Made by a program: the position numbers and the translations under genes. The notes beneath the pieces were generated by a model, which worked only from the letters and a program-made list of their open reading frames with translations, did not search any database and had not been told where the DNA came from. DNA of 64,000 nt, taken from assembly GCA_018985235.1 (NCBI GenBank), contig JADGIG010000001.1:1-64000 (forward strand), in the 5' to 3' direction. Origin of the DNA: Sanchytrium tribonematis. Taxonomy: Eukaryota. Below, piece by piece: positions 55,419-64,000 of this stretch (the stretch's first letter is position 1; each line of letters begins with the position of its first letter).

Positions 55419-55442
55419 AGTTTTAGATTAAATAAATACATT

Positions 55443-56579
55443 TTATTGATAAGAAACGTCAATTTTTGCTTCCAATGAACTAATCTTGGTAAATAAGTGA
55501 TTCACTTTATACATTAAATCACACTTCATTGCTTCCATTTGATCACAAATCATTTGCATCCCTGAGTAATCTTGTGGGGCTTGCGAAGAAATTGTGGTAC
55601 TAATTACATCCTGCATGGCACTTTCTAGTTGAGAAATTCGCGACTGGTTTTCACTCACCAACTGCGTTAAATTCTTAATGTCCTGGTGCATGTCAATTAA
55701 TAGCTGGGAATCCGAATATGACTTGTTTCGATTGGATGTTGGCGACCACTCCATTCGAGGAATAGTATCTTTTTGAGACGGTTCGGACAATGAATCATCT
55801 TTTGGTGAAACTTTTAGTGCATGTCCAAAACCAGAGAAAGTGCCTAACAAGGGAACCTCACATCGTCTTTTTAGTCTTTTAACAACTTGGCCTGTAGTTT
55901 CTTCATCTGTAAGAAAACACATGAAGTCCTCCGGGATCTCAATTTGGCTGCATCTAACTAGCACCTCTCTCTGCTTTAGGGTATAACCTGGACATAAGAC
56001 CCCACAAATCACTAAATCTTGCAGTAAATTATCCCTAAAGTACGAAAAATCTTTCATGGTGAAAATTCGAAGCAGTTCAACCGTGTTTTTGTGAAATTCA
56101 AAGATTTGGTCTCTTTGAGTAGCTTCTTGAATTGAGTCAAAGGGAAACAATTGTATTAAAGACACAACAAAATCGAATGGTCTATCTGGACACCTACGAT
56201 TATATTGTCTTTTGTAATTTCTACACACACTTAAAATTTTAATCACGTCATCTCTCACAAGAGTACCATTTGGATATATCATTTCATTTAATTCCTTATG
56301 GCTGCTGAGACTACATCTTGGCATTTTTCCATGCAAAATTGGTCTTTTCAAATCCAGATGTCTGAGGCAAGCCTGAGCTTGTTCCATTGTTCCAATTTCA
56401 ACATAGGCAATTGGGATTGTTTTACCTGTGGCCATATCCATTGGGATATGCAGTCTTTGTGGTTGTCCAATAGGTGTATAAGGATGCAAAGCTGTCAGGA
56501 TCTCTTCATTTCTGACATCCCATGGTAGACCATCTAATTTCAAGACTATTGAAGGAAATAATTCTGAACTTGAAAACAT
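55443..56579 (-). CDS. RRM-containing protein with C-terminal coiled coil
   Basis: VLKLDGLPWDV (RNP2-like), HIPMDMATGKT..AYVE (RNP1-like). Confidence 0.75.
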   Translation of the reverse strand: MFSSSELFPSIVLKLDGLPWDVRNEEILTALHPYTPIGQPQRLHIPMDMATGKTIPIAYVEIGTMEQAQACLRHLDLKRPILHGKMPRCSLSSHKELNEMIYPNGTLVRDDVIKILSVCRNYKRQYNRRCPDRPFDFVVSLIQLFPFDSIQEATQRDQIFEFHKNTVELLRIFTMKDFSYFRDNLLQDLVICGVLCPGYTLKQREVLVRCSQIEIPEDFMCFLTDEETTGQVVKRLKRRCEVPLLGTFSGFGHALKVSPKDDSLSEPSQKDTIPRMEWSPTSNRNKSYSDSQLLIDMHQDIKNLTQLVSENQSRISQLESAMQDVISTTISSQAPQDYSGMQMICDQMEAMKCDLMYKVNHLFTKISSLEAKIDVSYQ

Positions 56580-56712
56580 TCTTTTGTGTAATTCGAGACA
56601 AGAAAAATCCGTGCGCAAAAAGAATGCTGATCATTAAATTCTGAGTCGGAGCAAATACTGCAACTTATTTGGAAATTGGCGAACAAATAAAATATTAAAA
56701 CAAGCCCCTTTA

Positions 56713-57831
56713 ATGCAAGAGCTTGAGCAATTTAAATTTAGTGAGTATCCATCAGAAGAATTGACTATTGGTCTCAAATATATAATTTTGCTGAAATTTA
56801 AAGAGTCAGGTGTGATAGACCAAAATATGCTCAATTTGATTCCGCCATCTGAACAAGCCAATATTTATCAATTGACAAAGCAACATGTCGAATATACAGA
56901 ATTGCAAAATATTTTGAATAAGATAATTGAATTAAAAAATACAGAACACCCTTCCCGTGCTAGGGCAAATTTGATAGAAAGTCTCAAGGTAAAAAAAGAT
57001 TCATTGCTTCTCCATGATTTGATCAAATTTAATGTTTTACATGCAGAAGAATGCTATGATTCACTACATTTAGATTATTTCGATATTATTCAAGGGTATG
57101 AAACTAAAATTCTAGAGAAGGATTTTATTTTTGCAAAATACGAACCAAATTTAATTGAATTGAATGATATTTTGGCTTTATTTAGATACAAAAGTGTGAA
57201 ACCAAAGGCTATAATATGCGGAAACGTGATGAAATTATTGGCCTACTTTGAATTGAATAGTTTCGATTTAAATCTATTGGAAGAATATGTCCAATTCTCT
57301 TCTAATATGCCGATATCGGGACTCAATGATCTACTGGTACTTAATTTAAAATATGACATTCCACAAAAATGCATTGATTATATTTTAAATCAAATATTTC
57401 AGACCTTGAAACCACCATATTCAATAAGTAAGATATTATTGTCATATGATGATACACAAAAAGAATTTTCAGATCTGAAGCATTTTATTGAGAATATATC
57501 TACCCAGTACAAAACCTTTGACTTTGTAAATGAAACTATCTATGAATCTTTATGGTTTGACATTGAAAGTGAAATTTTGGATGGAATCCATTTCAACCCT
57601 ATTCCCGCAGACTCTATTGAAAGCCTTTGCGAATTACTTGACACACTTTCATCCACAGCCCCTCATGGGGTAGACTTGAAAATAATATATGACACTCAGT
57701 CCCTTCTAAATATTTCTCTTTTAGATATTCCAAATCGAAGTTGGTCATTATCGAGTGACCGTGTGAAGTCATTGGTGAAAAACATTTTTCAACCTTCAGT
57801 ACATAGACAAAAAGTCTTGCAACAATTATAG
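56713..57831 (+). CDS. Short Zw10/Dsl1-like protein
   Basis: C-terminal LLNISLLDI...VKSLVKNIFQPSVHRQKVL resembles the ZW10 C-terminal signature. Confidence 0.5.
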   Translation: MQELEQFKFSEYPSEELTIGLKYIILLKFKESGVIDQNMLNLIPPSEQANIYQLTKQHVEYTELQNILNKIIELKNTEHPSRARANLIESLKVKKDSLLLHDLIKFNVLHAEECYDSLHLDYFDIIQGYETKILEKDFIFAKYEPNLIELNDILALFRYKSVKPKAIICGNVMKLLAYFELNSFDLNLLEEYVQFSSNMPISGLNDLLVLNLKYDIPQKCIDYILNQIFQTLKPPYSISKILLSYDDTQKEFSDLKHFIENISTQYKTFDFVNETIYESLWFDIESEILDGIHFNPIPADSIESLCELLDTLSSTAPHGVDLKIIYDTQSLLNISLLDIPNRSWSLSSDRVKSLVKNIFQPSVHRQKVLQQL

Positions 57832-57832
57832 T

Positions 57833-58357
57833 TTATTGAATTTCGTACTCGAAAATTGCATGCATCCAGAGGAGAAATTTATCGTGATTTTCTTTGGGAA
57901 TACTGGAATTTTTAAATTTGTGGGTCTGAACCAACACGTCCGCGATTTCTGTTACATGAAAAGGGATCATTTTTTCTAAAAGAGATGGTGGGCATCGTTT
58001 AAAATCACCTCCAATTTCAACAAATGTGTTTCTATTAATCTTAAAAGCCTTAAAGTCTATATGACAGGTTTCTGTTTTGTAACCGATGTAATCTTGTTCT
58101 CTTTTTTTAGTCCATTTGCTTAATATCACATCCAAAATTTTCGGATTTTGAATCGATATGAGAGAATGAAGCGGTAGCTGATAAATAAAGTCTTCTACTT
58201 CATTTTGCATTACATGATATATTTTTTGAGAATCTTGATGAAGGTATGTCTCAATTTTTAAATAATCTTCCTTTATATTTAATCCACAGGATTCCCAATG
58301 AGATTTTAATTGCTCTATTAGTGTCGTATCTCCATTTACCAGAAATAGCTGTGGCAT
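57833..58357 (-). CDS. Hypothetical protein, 174 aa (weakly Med20-like)
   Basis: ATG ORF; size and W..R....G / FVEI pattern only. Confidence 0.5.
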   Translation of the reverse strand: MPQLFLVNGDTTLIEQLKSHWESCGLNIKEDYLKIETYLHQDSQKIYHVMQNEVEDFIYQLPLHSLISIQNPKILDVILSKWTKKREQDYIGYKTETCHIDFKAFKINRNTFVEIGGDFKRCPPSLLEKMIPFHVTEIADVLVQTHKFKNSSIPKENHDKFLLWMHAIFEYEIQ

Positions 58358-58524
58358 TTCCCCGGTCGTTTTACTACTTATATTTATGGAATCTTAATTT
58401 TCTTTCGATTCCTTGCGTTCACAAATCATCACGGTCAGATGCGACTCGCTTCTTGGGATATAGTTCGGTCATCTTCATGAACCCTTGAAACACATTTTGC
58501 GGTTGCCCTTTCCAGTATAATTTA

Positions 58525-60124
58525 ATGAAGTCTCAACAAGCAAAAGATTCGGCTATTTCCCTTTTAAGCAACAAAAGCTATCAAGAGTATAAAGAAAAAC
58601 ATGAAAAAATTGAAGATGATGTTAAAATGTATGTTATTATAACTACTTATCTCAACTATTTGTTGCTGATAGGATTTGGCCATCTGAGGGATTTGTTTGG
58701 TAAAATTTTTAAAAGCGAGGAATATTCTCACTTGAAAAATAACCAAGGCTATGCTCCACTGGTAAATGACTTTAGTAATTTTTACATTCGACGATTGTAT
58801 AGAAGAATAAGAGATTGCTTCAACAGACCAATAGCAAGTGCCGCTGGAAGGTTTCTTACTTTAAAAGACCGAGAAACTGTAGACTATTGCAAAACTTTTC
58901 AATTTACAGGACTCGGCCAGCGAGTTCTCAATTTATCCTCCTATAACTATTTAGGATTTGCAGAAACTGAAGGAAAGTGTGCAGATTTTGTGAGAGAAAA
59001 CATGATGAAAGGATTGGGCGCAGGATGCAGCAGATCTGACTTGAACACTAAATCACATGCCGACCTTGAGAAATTAGTTGCCGATTATATGGGAACTGAA
59101 GACTCTATTGTGATAAGTATGGGATTTGCAACTAACTCAACCGTGATACCAGCTTTAGTTGGAAAAGGCGCATTAATCATTTCTGACGAATTGAATCATT
59201 CTTCTCTAGTGACAGGTGCTCGTTTAAGCGGTGCCACAATTAAAGTTTTTGAGCACAATAATCCCTCAAGTTTAGAGGAGGTATTAAAGGACTCTATCTC
59301 ACAAGGCCAGCCTAGAACTCATCGTCCTTGGAGAAAAATATTGGTTGTTGTAGAAGGGCTGTATAGTATGGAAGGAAGCATCGTTAATTTAAAAGAAATT
59401 GTTGCTCTTAAACAGAAATATAAATTTTATTTATATTTAGATGAAGCTCATAGTATCGGTGCTCTTGGACCCACTGGGCGTGGTGTTTGCGAGCATTTAG
59501 GAGTCAATCCAAAGGATGTTGATATTTTGATGGGAACTTTTACAAAAAGTTTCGGTGCCGCTGGTGGATATATTGCTGGAAGCAAACTTTTGACCAGATT
59601 TTTGAGACAGAACTCACACGGAATGGTTTATTCAGAGAGTATGCCTTTACCTGTGGTACACCAGGTCCATTCTGCACTGTACAGTATTTTAAGCTCTGAA
59701 GGGCAATATAGAATCAATCAATTGCATGAAAATAGCAAGTACTTTTATCACAGCCTTAAAAATATGGGGTTTGTGGTATTAGGAGAGCCAGCGTCTCCTG
59801 TGATCCCCTTATTGTTATTTAATACCTCTAAGCTACCGTAATTAATATTAATTTAGCGGCTTTTCCAGAGAAATGAAGAACAGAGGTATTGCATGTGTCG
59901 TAGTTGGCTACCCAGCAACACCTATCATATCCAGCCGTGTCAGATTTTGTTTGTCTGCAGCCCATACGAAGGAAGACCTTGATTATGCTTTGCATTGTAT
60001 ATCTGACATTGGTAATAATTTGATATTAAAAGTTTCTAACTCTAGAAGTCCCCGAAACTTTGTATATGCAGATGCTGAGGATTACGCCGAAACTTATCTG
60101 AAATGGTGCTATTTAAATGAGTAA
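58525..60124 (+). CDS. LCB2: Serine palmitoyltransferase catalytic subunit; exons 58525-59837 and 59857-60124
   Basis: [32 protein letters not shown], spliced [26 protein letters not shown]. Confidence 0.96.
59838..59856 (+). other. 19-nt spliceosomal intron GTAATTAATATTAATTTAG (phase 2)
   Basis: Removal joins the two ORFs as [13 protein letters not shown]. Confidence 0.93.
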
Positions 60125-60133
60125 ATTTATTTT

Positions 60134-61282
60134 TTATTTTAAAGCCATTCCTAATTTTGATTTATAGTTCTCGTCACTCTTAATAAAACCGTTATTGAAA
60201 ATTAATTGAAATCCTGAATATGTCTCTACTTTCGGATCCAAACCTAACAAATCAAGCATGTCTGACAAAACTTTTGATTTTATGTCAAGGTCTTCTTGAT
60301 TTTCTACTGATAACGATGGAGAAGCGTTGACTTCAATCAGCCAAGGCTTTAAGTTAGAGTCCAATAAAATGTCATAGCCATACAGCTCAAAGCAATTAGA
60401 GGATTGGATTATCCGAGACTGAACAGAGAATAAAGAAATCAATATTGTTTTTTCAATATTTAGAAATAAGTCACAACAGGCTTGCATACCAAACTTTGCC
60501 ATAACATAGATTCGAAGCTTATTCAAATTCCATTTGCATCCAATGTTCTTGTCGTAGTCAGCTTGATTCTTTTGAATGGAGACGTTTGTAGCATGGACAG
60601 CTAAGTTTGAAAAATCTGTTGTATAAAAACTCTGTGAAAATCTACAAAACCCTAATTGATGAACGTATACCACTAATGGAGAAAAACTCATCACTAATAC
60701 ATAAAGGCGCAAATCAAATTTCCGATTTCCTATAAGCAATGGATTAGCTATATATTCCTGAACAATAAAAGATTCCATCTCTTGAGATTCAAGCTTTTCA
60801 CGTTCCGCAAAACTAAGTTCCATGAATTTGCGGCATTTTTTGTATTGAATTGCCACGGTTGATAATTTAGTGACCAATTGAATTCCCTTACCCTGTGATT
60901 TACCGCTTGGTTTTAAAATCCATTTCCTGTCTGGGCTCTTTTTAAACATATCGACAAATAAAAAATATTCTGAGGGAACAATGAAAGAAGCAGGAACAAT
61001 GTTGTTGGTAGAGTAAAAAGATTCAAAAGGATTCGATTTTTTCCAATACAGTTTTAAATTTTTAGCCAGCAAATCCTTCTTTGTTAATTCGTAATTGTTC
61101 CGAAAATGATTAATCTTTTGATGCTTTTGTAATGGGTTTTTGTCAAGTTCTTGATAAACCCAAGTAACATCTGACCAGAACACATCAAATTTTGAGTCTT
61201 CAGCCTGCTTTTCTTCCCAATTTCGTTTCCTGAACGCATTACTTAATGCTGTGGTTTTGTATGATAATTTGTAAGAAAGCAT
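60134..61282 (-). CDS. TTLL9: Tubulin polyglutamylase, TTLL9/TTLL1-like
   Basis: INHFRNNYELTKKDLLAKNLK, WILKP..KSQGKGI, KFDLRLYV, CFELYGYD, EVNASPS. Confidence 0.85.
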   Translation of the reverse strand: MLSYKLSYKTTALSNAFRKRNWEEKQAEDSKFDVFWSDVTWVYQELDKNPLQKHQKINHFRNNYELTKKDLLAKNLKLYWKKSNPFESFYSTNNIVPASFIVPSEYFLFVDMFKKSPDRKWILKPSGKSQGKGIQLVTKLSTVAIQYKKCRKFMELSFAEREKLESQEMESFIVQEYIANPLLIGNRKFDLRLYVLVMSFSPLVVYVHQLGFCRFSQSFYTTDFSNLAVHATNVSIQKNQADYDKNIGCKWNLNKLRIYVMAKFGMQACCDLFLNIEKTILISLFSVQSRIIQSSNCFELYGYDILLDSNLKPWLIEVNASPSLSVENQEDLDIKSKVLSDMLDLLGLDPKVETYSGFQLIFNNGFIKSDENYKSKLGMALK

Positions 61283-61296
61283 TTAAAACCTGGCCT

Positions 61297-61836
61297 TTAT
61301 TTCTTATTTTTCTTTTTGCCTTTTTTCGCTGGTGAGCTACTGTTCTTAGATTTTTCCTCTTTCCTCATGCCTACTGGAATATAAAATGGATCATGTATCA
61401 TAAGATAATCTTCCTTAGACTGGTCTCCGTTTGCCGCTAGTTGTGTATTATATACCACTTCAGCTTCAACTTCTTTCACAGTCACGTTTATCTGTTTAGC
61501 CAGCTCAAACAATAATTCTCGCTTGGATTTCGACGTAAACACCTTGAGTCTACCAACATGAAATAAGTCTGCAGGATGTCTCTTCCAGTCCACAGCACAA
61601 TTGCAACCAATAGACTTTGCGGCGCGTATCAAGTGATAAATGTTGACATCAACGGAAGCGTAGGTGTCACGAATATATTTTGGCAAACGTTTAGAATTAA
61701 AATAGAACGGATATACGATGAAGAAATGTTCGGTATGATCACTTAATGGTGCAGTTTGAAGTGGAATATCAAAATTATCCAGTCTGCGGGATGTATTATC
61801 TATCAACGGGACATCGAAGTCATCATCGAAGGACAT
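61297..61836 (-). CDS. SEC65: SRP19/Sec65 signal recognition particle subunit
   Basis: VYPFYFNSK, KRHPAD...GRLKV, SKRELL, basic tail. Confidence 0.85.
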   Translation of the reverse strand: MSFDDDFDVPLIDNTSRRLDNFDIPLQTAPLSDHTEHFFIVYPFYFNSKRLPKYIRDTYASVDVNIYHLIRAAKSIGCNCAVDWKRHPADLFHVGRLKVFTSKSKRELLFELAKQINVTVKEVEAEVVYNTQLAANGDQSKEDYLMIHDPFYIPVGMRKEEKSKNSSSPAKKGKKKNKK

Positions 61837-61855
61837 GTTTCAAACAAGTTTTATT

Positions 61856-64000
61856 TCACAATTCTTTTAAAAAATCCAAGCTTTCTCTGGAGTTTATCTG
61901 GGCCAACACGTTTGACCTCAATTCGTGTACTTTCTTAATGACCTGGATTGTAAATTCCTTAGTATTGGATATGGACTGAACAGGATCAATTATCACATTG
62001 GATGCAGATTTCAATTGTGCATATGTCGCATCGTAGCCGGTCTCTTCTAGATCTGCCAGATCGTCGCTTTCTTTAGTAGAAAAAGTTTTTGGGCCAGTTT
62101 GAGTCAAATTGATTATTATATCAACAAATTGAGCATAGAGAGATGGCTCTGCCTCCATCATATATGACGAGAGAGCTAGATTTCCAAATCCAACGATACA
62201 AATTTTTCTTTGCACTATTCCAACTATATCTTTGGACTGGGGTATTAAAATGCCAGATATGATACTATAAAACATTCTAAATTAAAATGAAATACCCTGG
62301 TTGAATGCTCTCCATGGTCTTCACAACATAATCTGGGCCAAAAGCATTATTAGCCAACAAATATGAAACGAATAAAGTGAACTCAACAGCAAATCTTGTC
62401 TGCTTATTTGTTTGCAATTTTCCAAGTAGGATGGAAAAAATTTGTTTTGAATGATCTCTAAAAGATTCAAATGGAGTGTAATGGAAAAGTGCTGTCAATA
62501 ATTTTAGTGCAAAAGACTCATTCACACGACTATTAAGAAGATTTTGGAAGACACCAAGTAGAGGCAATACTAAATTTCTATCCTGAAAAATATTAGGAGA
62601 ATTAATCATGTAGGCTTGAAAAAGACGCACCAACGATTGAACATTAGAGTTAGCTTTCCAAACATCGGGTTTGACCAAAAAACTGAGCAATTCCTTCAGA
62701 TTTAGCGGAAGCTGATTTCCAGGATGGGCGTCTAAAAGAACAGTCAAAATCTGGAATATATAAGGGCTAAATTCTATAATTTCCATGTTTAAAATACTCA
62801 AGAATATTGGAATGAGCTGTTCATCAAATTGTTGAACCACTTGTGGATTGTTGTTACAACTAAATCGTAATACCATTCCAATCGCCTCAAAAAGGTAGTG
62901 GTTAAATTTTGGATTAACCGGGTTTTTGCCAACTCTCTCTAAAAAGTTAAAGAATGTTGTTAATAATACATTATTGTAAGGGCTTACATCTTGCTTTAGA
63001 ACCATTATTAGTCTTACCATGACCTTGAGGTAATAATCATTTTCACTTAAATAAACACCTTCCTTTTTATTTAAGATCGTAAAAAAGGCGGTAAAAATTG
63101 GTTCAATGAGTGTTTGGATGTCTTTACTCTCAAACAACATAATACCATTCTGTTTGACACTCAAGATACGCTCGTAAGCATTAGATATAAAGGTGCACAC
63201 CACAGTATTTGGATTTTCAGATTGTATTTTTAATATATTGGTCAAATTTTCCATAACATTAAAAAGTTGATCCTTTTGGAACAATCCTCTAAAATGTGTT
63301 ATAAAATAAATTGCATCTGCTAGCAATATTGGCGTTGTAGTGGCTGCAAGGTCTGGCATGATGTTTTCTGTTAAAAAGGAACTAAGGACCTCGGCGTAAG
63401 CTGCGGGGTCAATACATACCGAACAAATTAATCTTGTTGCGGTGCTTTTATATTTCCATGAATTAGGATCGTTTTGATTATATAGCTTCAAGAACTCTTT
63501 GACAAATCTCAAACAAGACTGTGTAATGCTAGAGCTTATTGGTGATGATTCTACTAAAACTTTGACAAGCTCTGATGTGGATTTTGTAATGCTGATTGAG
63601 TCACTACCTTCAATTTCTCTTTGGGCATATGTCAGTGGCTCATCTTCAAACAATTCTATATCCTCCCGTCTTACTAATACATTCCCGACAATGACTTTAT
63701 TTACCATAAAATCTATTTCTTCAGTATTTCCATTCCCAACAAAAATGTGGATACCCTTATTTAATTTTATGCACAAAGTAACAACTTGAAGTGCTTTAGA
63801 CATCATTACGTCCCTTGTACTAGTAATCATAATAGAATTATTAAGGGATTCTTCAACTGTGAATGAATATTCTAAAACCAAGTCCCAAACACTTTGAATA
63901 ATCCCATCCAGATATTTGTCAATATCGTCCATGTACTTCGATATCAACGTTTGAATAATATCCAAGATACTTCCTCTAAGCTTCGTCAGCTTTGTTGACT
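61856..64000 (-). CDS. CSE1: Exportin-2 Cse1/CAS; 5' end outside the window; exons >64000-62296 and 62276-61856
   Basis: ELFEDEP..Y..R.IEGSD, ENDYYLK, NPVNPKFNHYLFE, EFSPYIFQI, GYDATYAQL. Confidence 0.93.
62277..62295 (-). other. 19-nt spliceosomal intron GTATTTCATTTTAATTTAG (phase 2)
   Basis: Removal gives IQPG-MF and joins the 139-aa C-terminal ORF. Confidence 0.92.

Noticed and set aside
58358..58524. Slightly GC-richer spacer with TCGCTTCT resembling the U2 5' end, and a 19-codon minus-strand uORF
   Set aside because: No GTGTAGTA branch-pairing region or Sm site; more likely a divergent promoter.
76..62295. Split ORFs read as pseudogenes, frameshifts or stop-codon reassignment
   Set aside because: Each break is explained exactly by a GT-AG 19/20-mer sharing one consensus, and TAA/TAG/TGA end conserved proteins at the expected places.
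754..63789. Many 60-120 aa ORFs antisense to or nested in conserved genes (e.g. 14362-14703, 28280-28627, 30233-30592)
   Set aside because: Shadow ORFs of real CDSs with no motifs; many begin at TTG/GTG.
1..64000. Transposons, CRISPR arrays, rRNA, telomeric or long tandem repeats
   Set aside because: No transposase/RT motifs, repeat-spacer pattern or rRNA-like sequence seen; nearly all space is accounted for by genes.

Overview
This is AT-rich, extremely gene-dense eukaryotic nuclear DNA. It reads in the standard genetic code and carries about 57 protein genes in 64 kb, with spacers often under 30 nt. Gene content (ERJ5, GPC1, HEL2, CYC3, LCB2, ADE4, plus a TTLL9-type tubulin glutamylase) points to a genome-reduced, early-diverging zoosporic fungus or close relative; a sanchytrid-like organism is a guess only. 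The main signal is a miniaturised splicing system. Eleven genes each carry one GT-AG intron of only 19 nt (9 cases) or 20 nt (2 cases). All share an invariant T(-8)/A(-6) branch-like motif, lack G at +5, and are biased to phase 2 and to the 3' part of the gene. The window also holds a U6 snRNA gene with a shrunken 5' stem-loop and an extra 3' UUCG hairpin, and a truncated U1-70K gene preceded by a cluster of GTAAG(T) mini-intron-like units. One tRNA-Arg(UCG) is present. No mobile elements or CRISPR arrays were seen. Product calls come from motif recognition by eye, not from database searches.
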